Assembly: GCF_964204645.1 (NCBI RefSeq)
Contig: NC_134033.1
Coordinates: 1,570,131 to 1,634,130, forward strand
Direction of reading: 5' to 3'
Origin: Tubulanus polymorphus
Lineage: Eukaryota; Animalia; Nemertea
Length of the DNA: 64,000 bases
Under the pieces are notes generated by a model, which saw only the letters and a list, made by a program, of their open reading frames with translations, searched no databases and was not told where the DNA came from. Of the stretch, positions 1-11,514 are shown in pieces. Each line of letters starts with the position of its first letter. Position 1 is the stretch's first letter. A program made the translations under genes and the position numbers.

Positions 1-315
1 TCTGTTCACTTGCGACATTTTCTATGATAGTGACGAGTTTCAAGGTCAACGGTTTTTGTATATTTTCACCAGGGGGCGTTGAATATTAAATAAGTCTGAT
101 TATCAAGCGTCCAAATCATTTTTCGCGTGGGATTGGCGACTGGACCACAAGTTCATTGATAATATTAACCAACAGATATATGTAAACCAATGATCATCAA
201 ATAATATAACAATCGATTCTTAAAGAGCTTTTCATCAGAATTTTGTCAAAAGTTACAGAATTTAATCTGAGTTCGATTCCCTTCAAAATGATTTACCATG
301 TGGCATGTTTGATTT

Positions 316-1170
316 TAACTTAATGTAAGAAATTTATGCTAATGACATCAAAATCATTTTTCAGATACAGATATCTATATGAACCTGTCCAGTTTTTATG
401 TCTACTGTGTTTATTAACGTTTGCTGCTGAATATGAAATTTAAAACAAAACTGAATTTTCTTTCTTTTATTGCAGCAGAAACCACCAACAACAACAGCTG
501 CAGCAGCAGCGGCCGTTCCTGCACGAGTAAGTTTCTATTTTATAATTACGATTTTATGATTACGTTCATTTCTCTAACCGAGACCGAAACTTCTCGCACC
601 TTACACTTTACATCCCTATTTCGTTACCTGATATAAGCATTTCATGAGGCTGTGGTAAACCTCTCGGCCTATGGGCAATTATTTTTTGCGATTTTCATCG
701 ATTTCCAGACACAGATATTAAACCTGCCCAGTTTTTGTGTCTTCTGTGTTTAACGTTTGCTGCTGAATATGAAATATAAAAAAAAAAACTTATTGAATTT
801 TCTTTCTTTTATTGCAACAGAAACCAACAGCTCCAGCAGTGGCAGCGGCCATTCCTGCACGAGTAAGTTCAATTTTATAATTAAGCGTCATTCGTTTCCC
901 ATGTATACCCGCGTAGATGATCCTGTCTTAACATCAACTTTAATCCATTAGCACTCAGGAATTGCACTTAACTTAATGTAAGATATTTATGCTAATGACA
1001 TCAAAATCATTTTTCAGATACAGATATCTATATAAACCTGTCCAGTTTTTGTCTACTGTGTTTATTAACGTTTGCTGCTGTATATGAAATATAAAAAAAA
1101 AAAACTTACTGAATTTTCTTTCTTTTATTGCAACAGAAACCAACAGCAGCAGCACCGAAGGAAGTAAGTC
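316..1170 (+). repeat. Three tandem ~330-bp intron+exon duplicates carrying micro-exons 1-3
   Basis: Near-identical 'aacctgtccagtttt...ttaacgtttgctgctgaatatgaaat...gaattttctttcttttattgcarcag' precedes the exons at 476, 821 and 1137. Confidence 0.85.
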
Positions 1171-4100
1171 AGCATTTTTCTGTATCATGGATTTTCTGTC
1201 GTGTTCATTTCTATCTGACAGCCAATGTATTTCATACCGGGAACAAAGTCATAAAAATTCTCCTGTTCGTTTTATTAAATAACGATACAGAATCAAAACA
1301 ATATAACGAGGCATCCGTCGCTTAGAACTCATTTATTACGTATATTGATACCTACGTGTGCTACTGAACATAAAATAACAAAACTAAAATTAATTCTCTT
1401 TTTTTCTTTCATGGCATCAGTGCAAACAAACAACAATAACAACAACGAAAGAAGTAAGTTTTGGCCATGTTTTTAGTTTTCGCTCATCGCTGACATTACT
1501 GATATCTTTCCTCGCAGTCTTAAATCGGCTCCACTCAATTTCTCTCATGAAATGCTTTCCATGTTCGAACTACACGTGATCATGAACTTGAAAATGAAAA
1601 ATGATTAAATCTAAATGTTGCTCGTTTATTTTATAGGTCACCAGAAAGCGACGCCGATCCGTCGACGAGGTCAGTTTGAATTCTATCGAATCGTTCTCCC
1701 GTTATTACTTTCAATCTGTCTTTTCGTCCATAGATAGGATCTCACAATCGCCAGTGGTATAGGCATTGTTCAGCAATTCAAGGGTGCTAATGTCCTAGAA
1801 AACCTGGCAATCTCATTGAATCAGAAAGATTGGGGAATTTGATAGATTTTTACCAAAATCCTGGAAAACACAGGGGATTTATAAATTCTTAATACTACAA
1901 AATCAGGAAAAAAAGTGGTCTACCGTCGGTCGGTCGGTCGGTCGGTCGGTCGGTCGGTCGGTCGGTCGGTCGGTCGGTCGGTCGGTCGGTCGGTCGGTGA
2001 TGTTCACGTCTCTGAACCCACAGCTTATGGTTATTCATGAAGACTTGACCATTATTTCCTGTTTTAAGTCGTGTAGATTATTATCAATGTGTATCCAAAT
2101 TCTGAATGTTGATTTCAACTTTTTTAAAAATATTTTACAGCAACCTGTAAGCCCGCCGAAGATTCCGCGTGAGGAGGTAAGTTTCAATTTCATTAAATCA
2201 TTTTCGATATCGATGTTAAATATTGATAACCTTAGCCCTGTTTCATAGACTGTATATCAATAATACCCTGGAGGTATTTCTTCAACCTGAGCCCGATTTT
2301 GTAAACCGGATATCAATGTTACCCAGAGTTGCCAACTGTTCCTGATTTTCGGTATTTGTTACTCTTTTATGACAAGAAATACTGATTTGTTTTGTTCGAT
2401 GCATATGAAAAGTATGAAAGATCTAACTGAGGGTCTTACTGTTGATTACTGATTGATTTGAACATTTATTTTCATATTACAATTTGTTACTGATAGCACT
2501 TTTCAGAGGTTGGCAGCCCTGTTGGTTGCCTATAGGTAAATCTTCAACATAGGTGACAACTTCATAATGAAAACCTTGGTAATAACTGAAAAATTTCGAA
2601 ATGATCCCAGCTGGTATTATTTTTTCCCAACATCTATGAAACTTGGCTCTGGTGAACGCCTAGCCTCACTGGCAAGCAATTGTGATACTATCGTGACCAT
2701 ATGTCACTTGTGATCAGTAAGTGTCATTTACCAAAAACATACGTACGTTTTATCGTAATAAATTTTTTGTATTCTTTTTTATAGGACATCAATTTATTCG
2801 ACGACCTTTGGGTAAATATCCTTTTGATCGCCTACTCGTTCTCAGTGAATTTGGAGCCATCCCTTTCATTAGTGGGTGGCTCCATATATACTCGCTTTTA
2901 GGGTTAGCTAGAATTTTTCATGATATTTCATGTTATTTTGATTACTAGAATGATGATTTCCCAGAGCCGCCGCCGCCGGAGCCCGAGGCTCCTACCATTA
3001 TCGTAAGTTGTAAAAGATAATTATTTTCGTAGTTCACCAGATTATTATAATCTGATATTGATTTTCCTGCTGAAATATCCATGTTCTAAGAGATCCCATA
3101 GCATATCTCCACCAAGGTCAAACTTGGCTAAAGCTACGACCAATTTTGCTCGTAGGCTAAAGGCACCTAGTTTTTGCTAGCTTATTTGTTGTTGGAAAAC
3201 ATAAACACTGGTAATTGTGACCGATCTGTTTGCTGCCGCTATACGGTATCATGGGTTCAATTATAAAATGTCATTACTTAGGGGCAGTTCCGTGGGGGGC
3301 TGGTGAATTTGGCTATATTCCTTAAAGATATTTTTTGCCTGACCGCTGCAGCTGCCGCAGTTTAGGGGTCCTAACCAATAAGAATTTTGAAATATGTTCT
3401 AATTTCCTTGTATCTGGGACATTCTGTTGGATCGAGTTACTTTAAAAAAAAAAATGTTATTCTGACTATATTCCGGAATACAATGGAATCTAGTTTGGAT
3501 CCGCTACTGATTAAGCTATATAGAGTAGTATCTTCGGTCCTAAATTAATCACAGCTGAAGCCAGTTATATCTAAAGAGTGTTTGAAAGTAGTCGCACTCG
3601 GTCACAGTTTGTATCGATGCGAATATTCATCTTACCGAGTTCATATTATTCGTAAAATTGGTATTGATAATAGCGTGAAGCAATGTTTTTAAGTGAAACT
3701 AAGAATGTTTAAAAGTTGCGGCTCGGTCACAGTTTTGTATCGATGTGAATATTCTTCAGACCGAGTTAGTAGAATATTGAAATCATGTCACGCAGCATCC
3801 ATCGGTTCAATTATCCTCAAAATAGCCTCTAAATCGAGGGTCAACTAAGAATTTAGATCATGGAATCTTTGATCCGTGGTATAGTTATTCAAAACTTGAT
3901 TTCAAAATTTTTTTTCTTTACATTTCTAGGAATCGGAAATCGTGCGTATTGTGCAAATTGACGTAAGTTTACAATAGACGATTTCAGTTACACATGTTGA
4001 CACCCAGTCACTTTATAAATACCACCTGCCTGCCATCTACTGACAAAAACTTGAACTTTATTCCATAATGTACACTATACCGTTGTGGTTCTCATAAATC

Positions 4101-7100
4101 CGATCATTAGTAACAACCTATAACGTAATAATAACTATTTTTGATGGTTCACCAGATGAGGCTTTTTCTTAAATAGCTTGGTTTACGGGAACCGCCTCCC
4201 GAAATTTGAAGAAAAGTCAAACAAAAGTAGAATTTTTTTTTACTCCCATCCGTGGAACAAATTCAGTGGAAAACGAGCAAAAAAGTTTTTCACCTTCGCC
4301 GAATGAGAATCCCGGCTTGAATGATGAAAAAATTGAAAACTGCGCGTTTATTCTTTTTTTGATCACATTTGTGTGCAGAATTCGAACTTTCCAAGGATCA
4401 TTGTTTTGGACATATGTATATTGCCCTATCGATCGTTCCCTCTTCCTTCAAAAACTGTGTTTATCGCGCTGAGCGAGTTCTTTTTTTTTAAAATTTTCCG
4501 AAATGATATTTCAATAGTCTACCCTGTCAACCAAGCTATTAAAAAAATGCGAGATTTGAGATAATTTATTCTGATTTTCATAAATGCTAAATTGAGCTCT
4601 TGTTTTTCTTTTTATGTAGAGAAATGAATTCCACACGTGCGTGAATGTGCCGGTAAATATTGTGAACATTTCTATTGAATTTACAGTTGAACACAAACGA
4701 CTGCAGATGAAATATGTCTGAATTTTTGTTGACGTTGTTAAACTAAAGTTGATTTTTTATTTTATAGAAGAGGAAGCTCGAGGTACCGGCATCGGTGAGT
4801 TTGAATTTCATCAAATCATTTTACAGTCCGTTCGTCTGTCCGCCTGTCTCTCCGTCTGTCCGCCTGTCTCTCCGTCTGTCCGCCTGTCTCTCCGTCTGTC
4901 CGCCTGTCTCTCCGTCTGTCCGCCTGTCTCTCCGTCTGTCCGTCTGCCGACGGGATCTTGTGAAAGTTTAAGCTTACGACAACTATGATTTGTGATTGCG
5001 ACGAGAGTTTGTCGATGCGAAAAAAAACCACTTTCCAAGTGGCTTGAACATCTATTTTGGGCATGGAAAAAAAGGCACAAGATTTTCGCGATGGTAGTAC
5101 GTGCCTCTTGTGATTGTGGAGAGTTTGTTGAAGCCCTTTTTGCAAGTGGTGTTGTCGTTTCTGCACCTGCAGTTCATGGTTATTCATTTCCATTTTTTAG
5201 TTGTGTAGATTATCATTTTCGTGGCTCACCAAAGATTATTAAGATAATCTGAAATTGAGATTTCCTTCAGAAATATGTTTGAAAATTCTGGATGTTGATT
5301 TCAACTTGTTTTTATTTTATAGGACCCCGTTAGCCCTAAACGGGCACGCGTCAGACCAATCAAAGTAAGTTTGATTTGAGTCAAATCATTTTAAGTGAAG
5401 CTAATTTCAAATAAGTTTATTGATAATCTGGGCAGGGTTTTATAGACCACATCATTTTCTCCTAGGGGTAAATCCTCAACCGTGGCCCGATTTCATAGAC
5501 CGGGTTTCAATGTTGCCCCTAGCGGTAAATCCTCAACATAGGTGACAACCACCATTGTAACAATGATAAACTATGGTAATAACTGACAAATTTTTAAATG
5601 TTTCCATTTCGAACCACTTTTCAAGTGATTTTCGCGTCTCTGCACCCACAGTTCATGGTTATTCATGAAGACTTGACCATTATTTCCTGTTTTAAGTCCT
5701 GTAGATTATTATCATTGTGGTTCACTAATGATTATGGTGATATTTTATTGTTTTCAAAATCTGCATCGGAAAAAGAATTAAAATAGTGTAGAATTCTTCT
5801 GCTTTGGATCTCGTGGCACCAAAAAATCGAAACCAAAAAAAAAGTAAAAATACCTAATTCTGGGGCGGCGGGACAGGGAGAGATCTAGAAATTTATGACA
5901 ATCGGCTTGATGACCATCGCACGGAACTAACTGAATATCATTGGCTGGAAAACTAGGATCCAGCATCGGTAACTCTTTACTAGATCATAACTTCAAACTG
6001 TGGAACTGGGTCCAGAACTGCGGAGCCAGGTTCTGTAACTGTGGGACTGGGTCCAGAACTGCGGAGCCAGGTTCTGTAACTGTGGGACTGGGTCCTGAAC
6101 TGTGGAACCAAGTTTTATTATATTAAGTTGAAATGAATCATTTTCATGTTTTTATAACCAATGGAAATATCGTTTTTTTACTTTTTAGACTGAAACACCT
6201 GCGACGCCGCCGCCGCCGCCGCAAGCTGATGTAAGTTTGAACTATAAGTGAAAATAATTATAATGCATCAAATACACTGAATGTGTTGATCATTACTGAC
6301 ACGTCAATGAACAGGAAGACATACAGAATCCCTGAATCTCTCTGGTCCTACCGAACTATTCACATATAGAATCCCTGAATCTCTCTGGTCCTACCGAGCT
6401 ATTCGCATATAGAATCCCTGAATCTCTGGTCCTACCGAACTATTCACATATAGAATCCCTGAATCTCTCTGGTCCTACCGAGCTATTCGCATATAGAATC
6501 CCTGAATCTCTGGTCCTACCGAGCTATTCACATATAGAATCCCTGAACCTCGCTGGTCCTACCGAGCTATTCACATGTAAAATCCCTGAACCTCGCAGGT
6601 CCTACCGAGCTATTCACATATAGAATCCCTGAATCTCTCTGGTCCTACCGAGCTAATTCTGATACCGAACTCTCCAAACAGTAAGAAATCATTTGATGTT
6701 TCGATGATTTAATCAATGTTGATCGTTTTGTTTTTTCCAGAGAGACGAGATACCGCAACTACGCCGCTCCCCGCGGCTCCGACGCCGTAGAGTAAGTTTG
6801 AATTGTTTACTGAGTTATTGGTATTCCAGACCTGATAACGACTTTGAGAGTAGTGCCTCCATTTTAAGAGCTTTGAAATATCAAAATACTTTCAAGATCA
6901 CAATGATTTCTAGTTGTGGTTATTTCTTATTCAACTACCATTTTTGATATTAGAGCCCTTGCGCTGTCATATATTCAGGTGAAAACTACTCAAATTAGAG
7001 ATATCAAATTGTCAGGTATTTTTAACCGTAATGATATGATCCAGTGCTCACTATTAATACAATAAGAGATGCGCGAAAAAATATCGATGCTCTAATTTGA

Positions 7101-9271
7101 CGACTTCTTGTCGCGCAGACGACGTCTCTGAAATTCACTTTCTGTCCCATTAGATTGTCTCACATACCTAAGCGGTGCCATCTGAAGGGATAGCTGGCGT
7201 GCCAGTTCCCTACTGTTCAAATTTCATGAAAGCGATGATGAAAGGATTATCCAATGAACCGGAACTGCTATACATAAACGGCGAATGTACTATAAAGAGA
7301 AATCAAGAAAAACTTTGAAATTGTGATTTCTTGGTTTGTTTGGAAACTTTGCGCTGCATTAGTTGAGCTCTTGAAATGCTCTTGTTTGCAGGCTCTATTT
7401 CAGCTTTTGATTTCATATAGGGAATTGGCCCCATTATCTCTCTAATTACGATTCGTGTTATCGAAACGCTAGTAAAAACTGCATAAATTTTGACAAATTT
7501 TTGTTGTTGTTTTCTTAAACCTTAACATCATGATTGTTATTATATTATAGGCAGAAAATGCAGCTGCCGCCCCCGCCGCCCCCGTCGATGCGACGGAAAA
7601 TGGTAAGTCTACACATATTCATGATCCTATTTAGATATGTCCGTTTGTAGCCAGACATTTTTAGCAGAGCTGCCCAAACTGTTACTGATTTTCGGTATTT
7701 GTTACTATTTTATGACAAGAAATACTGAATTTGTCTCTGATTTGAACAGAAATATGAAAGATGTTACTGAGCGCCTTACTGTTGATAACTGATGATTAAT
7801 TTAGTTAACTGTAACTCACAACTGTGGAACTGGGTCCTGGATCCCGAGTTCAGAGTTAACTTTAACTCGTAACTGTAGAACTGGATCCTGAGTTCAGAGT
7901 TAACTTTAACTCGTAACTGTAGCACTGGATTCTGTGTTCAGAGTTAAATCTAACTCATCTGTGGAACTGGATCCTGAGTTCAGAATTAACTCTCGCAAAT
8001 GTAGAACTAGATTCTGAGATCAGAGTTAACTCATTTGTGGAAATGGATCCAGCACGTTAAAATGCCCAAAATCATGTCACTCCTGATGGAGTATGGCGGC
8101 AGTATAACGGACTTTGACTGTATTGTCCACGTTGTAAAACTCCTATTGATCGTCCATGATTTAATGAAATACTAATAATTTTTCTCATTTATTTATTTTA
8201 CAGTCATCGAAGAGATAAGGCGGAATATCGCCGCGGATCCGCGGTATCTACTTAATTTTTTGACGCGATGTAAGTACAACTTTTTGCATTTATACCTCTC
8301 TCCTCTCTCTTTCCACTGATCACATCATTTTTCATCCCCCCCCCCGCTCGTGTTAAGTATCCTCAACGTACATTGAATAAGGTACTGGCTGCGTACAGAT
8401 GGCGCAAAAATACACTCGTTGATACGCGATGAAATTAGTTTATTTTCGAACTCGATTTTCGCTTAGAAAATTCAAATATAATCAAACGAATTTTTGTTCG
8501 AGCAACTTTCGCGTTGAGGAGAGAATCCCACAATGATAATAAAAAGTCCAAAAATTAAACTTCGAGATAGTAGTTTATTTCAACGTTTCGACTATATCGA
8601 AGTTTCATTTTCGGACTTTTTATTATCATTGTGAGATTCTCTCCTCATCGCGTCAACACGGATATAGTGTTCTACCAATCGTGAACTTTCGCGTATTGAT
8701 AAAGCGATGAGTCGGCTACAGTTCAATCGGGAAGTGTCGACGAAATTGAAGCACGGTAATTGAGGAGTAACCACTAGCTGATCCTCGCTTGCCACAGTAA
8801 CGCAGCCACTGCCTCATCAAGCCCCGGGTATTATTGACGGTACATCCTAGAAATAATTGAAATCGAAAAACGAGATCATTGTTCCCTTTCTGTTTACAAC
8901 AGAATTCTGTATAACAAAAGCCTATTTATTTTCGTGTGGCGTCAACCATTTTCAGACACATCGTGAAATATCAGTAACTAACGATACACCGCGCCGTGGT
9001 GTAGACGCACTGTAGTGCTATTCCCGTTATTCAACACACTTGGGTGGAATTTTTCAAAATTTTCAAATTATCTCCAGCACTATAGGGTATTGATCAGTCA
9101 GCACTGAAAGGGTTAATAAGATAAAAACCAACTTTATTTACAAATTAAAAGAATTCTAAAATCGAGAATTTATTTATGGAAACAATCTAAAACATAAGAA
9201 CACGACGTTTCGATCTCACCCTAGAGATCATCGTCAGGTGTGAGATATTGACTGAAAACGGATATATATAT

Positions 9272-9341
<70 letters not shown>

Positions 9342-11329
9342 CAGGTTAATTGAGTGATTTGGTGAGTAAGTAATTAGTGTTTGGCAAGGCATGAAGTAAT
9401 ATACTCCATATACCATATGTCGCTCATTGTTTTAAACACATACCGCATCAAATTTGGTTTAAATACGACCAGTGAAACCGCGCGGTCTGAATAAACCATC
9501 GTTTTTGCATCCATTTTACGCTGTTAATTGAAGCATTGCCAAAAAAGTCTTCTTGAACTGATTTGAATCGGAGAAAATTGACTGCATTTTATGAACTAGA
9601 TCAATTTTAACAAGTTTCCATGCCTACCATTTAGAATTATTTTCAAATCATCATGAATCATGGTTTGCGGTTATGGCAGGGGTTCACCTGATGGTTAAGT
9701 GATGGTTCGCTGATGGTATGACACCTATTTATTTGTTCATGTGACTGAACAATGCAATGATACGATGTTTAGTTACTTCTATGCTGTACTGTAGTAACCC
9801 TGTCCCGACGACCCTAAACTCTCAACCAGCCCATCAATGTCACTCATCGAGACTGATATTGTATTCTTTCCGCATCCCACATTCTGCTGCATGATGATGT
9901 CACAAATTATTGGCAACCAATCACACTTCAAGTGGAAAGTCAGCCATTTTGTATTAATGAGATTACTAGCTACACTGGGTTCACTGTAAATCTACAAGGG
10001 CTGAGCCAGGATTTTTGGAAGGTTTACTGAAGGGCACATGAGCACTCGTGAAGGGATGAAAGGGGTCTTAAGTGTTTCTCCCAAGAAAATTTTGAAATTT
10101 TGTTGCACGAGGCTATTCGATAGCCATCATGAGAGAATACTTTATCTTTCTTTATAAAATGGAAAAAGAAATTCCTAAAATATCTTGAGGGCACCTGAAG
10201 ATATTAAAGGCGGGGGACTGGATCCGCCCTTGATATATTAATTGTTTCTCCTGATGGTTAATGTATTTCTTTCTATTTTATATTTTACAGTGGAACCAAT
10301 ATTAATTGAGACGGTGGAGGATGGTCCGGAGGACGTGAAAGAGGCCATAGACCTCTTTCACTTGAACCTTGGTCCTGTCTTGGATGACCAGCTGGCAGAC
10401 CCCGTTCCAGCTGCTGCCTCCCCGGATAGGCGCCCTGGGCAGCGGACCCTCCGGCAGCCGCACCCTTTTGCACAGAGGTGGTCCCGTCGCGTGGACGGGC
10501 GGCTGTGGGAGGGGGAGTTACGGGAGGTAAGCATCATCTCAACATTAACTGTTTTTTTTTATATTTCTCTCGGTTTTGATTTCGAATGTCAATTTCTCTC
10601 ACACGAACAGTTTTTATGAATCACTTATAATATCTTTTCTTTAATAATACTTTCATTTTCAGCGAGCCATCGTCATTTTTTTTTTTTGCTTTATTTTCTA
10701 ACCCTTTAGAATATTGTTTCCCAGATCGCGACGATTTATCTCTTTGTTTATATGTAATCAATTGTTCCATTATTTCAGCTCGGTTACTGATCCGAAAATT
10801 TTCTGTAAAAAATCACTTTTCAACCGATCATTTAGTAAATGAATGTTTTCTTTTTTTGCAGACGGGCACGCGCACCGCTCGGCATCGAAGACGACGCCGT
10901 CCGGCGGTTCGTCGCGGTGGTGTGGCGCCTCCCGAGGGGGAGCGACGCGGTGGCGGAGGGGAGGAGATCGGCGTCGTGGTAGTTCCGGAGGTGGTGGAGG
11001 CGGTGCCGGTGCCGGAGCCGGAGCCGGAACTGGAACCGGTGTTTGAACCGGTCCCGGAGCCGGAGCCGGAGCCGGAACCGGTAGAAGAGGAGATGGTCGT
11101 GGAGGTTGAGGAGGTAAGAGGGGTTCCTCCTGCCCCCGTGGAGCCGTTGGCCGCTGCCCCGGTTTCGGCGCTGGACAGAGTTCTGTCCAGCGACCGATGC
11201 CGCGCCGAAGTGCGGGTGGTGGCTCGCGGTTCCGTGGGACCGTGGGAGGAGCTTCTATCTTCGTGTAGATCAAAGGCTCTTTTACATGATTTAAAATCGG
11301 TCTTGTTTAGGCGTGGGTACAGGGAGTAG
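476..11329 (+). CDS. Micro-exon gene (>=18 exons, 5'-partial) encoding a ~450-aa Pro/Ala/Arg/Glu-rich, probably disordered protein of unknown function
   Basis: AG/GT-bounded exons with pyrimidine tracts: 476-526 QKPPTTTAAAAAAVPAR; 821-862 KPTAPAVAAAIPAR; 1137-1163 KPTAAAPKE; 1421-1453 CKQTTITTTKE; 1637-1669 VTRKRRRSVDE; 2141-2176 QPVSPPKIPREE; 2785-2811 DINLFDDLW; 2949-3002 NDDFPEPPPPEPEAPTII; 3930-3962 ESEIVRIVQID; 4620-4652 RNEFHTCVNVP; 4768-4794 KRKLEVPAS; 5323-5364 DPVSPKRARVRPIK; 6189-6230 TETPATPPPPPQAD; 6741-6791 RDEIPQLRRSPRLRRRR; 7551-7602 (ends phase 1); 8204-8269 (phase 1/1, VIEEIRRNIAADPRYLLNFLTR); 10291-10526 (phase 1/0); 10862-11329 (TAG). All phases are compatible and the 1353 nt contain no internal stop. 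No start codon was found in the window. Confidence 0.8.
1926..1998. repeat. (CGGT)n microsatellite
   Basis: About 18 direct copies of cggt. Confidence 0.95.
2324..2521. mobile_element. MITE with CAGRGYTGCCAAC terminal inverted repeats (possibly hAT-type)
   Basis: Starts cagagttgccaac and ends gttggcagccctg. The paralogous intron at ~5500-5545 shows the empty site. A truncated second copy lies at ~7665-7795. Confidence 0.7.
4160..4550. mobile_element. MITE-like element with ~28-bp imperfect TIRs
   Basis: gctttttcttaaatagcttggtttacggg versus ccctgtcaaccaagctattaaaaaaatgc. Confidence 0.6.
4833..4945. repeat. 20-bp minisatellite (gtctgtccgcctgtctctcc)
   Basis: About 5.5 direct copies. Confidence 0.9.
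6323..6655. repeat. 43-bp minisatellite
   Basis: About 8 copies of tagaatccctgaatctctctggtcctaccgagctattcacata (41-43 bp). An inverted array lies at ~16620-16970. Confidence 0.9.
7815..8052. repeat. Dispersed 'aactgtggaactggatcc' repeat family, tandem array
   Basis: The same motif occurs at ~5995-6110, 54560-54767, ~56990 and ~58890. Confidence 0.75.
8510..8652. repeat. 62-bp-arm inverted repeat (hairpin)
   Basis: 8510-8571 pairs with 8591-8652 with about 5 mismatches and a 19-nt spacer. Confidence 0.9.
9125..9260 (-). mobile_element. Penelope-like element pLTR remnant with minimal hammerhead ribozyme-like motif
   Basis: Minus strand: acac-CTGACGA-t-gatctc-tagggt-gagatc-GAAAC-GTC-gtgt followed by AATAAA signals, next to a (TA)n tract. 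Confidence 0.5.
9262..9340. repeat. (TA)n microsatellite
   Basis: Direct observation. Confidence 0.95.
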
Positions 11330-11514
11330 ATGAATCGTAAATGATCCAGTAACGAGGTAGGCTTGTTTGTTCACTGCTTCACTGGGTCATTTACGATTCA
11401 ACTGCTTCCTGTATCCGGGTAATCAGCAGTTCAACGAAACAGTTTTTTTCATCGGTCATGGTAGTCAGTTAATCAGCAGTAGTAGTGTAGTCCTTCAGTC
11501 AAGTTACGCAGTCA

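Noticed and set aside
1-420. Possible additional upstream exon or start codon of the micro-exon gene (e.g. ttttcaccag at ~72)
   Set aside because: No convincing donor or frame support. The 5' end is left undetermined.
10770-11273. 167-aa Pro-rich minus-strand ORF
   Set aside because: Antisense shadow of the GC-rich terminal exon, whose + frame is supported by splice phase.
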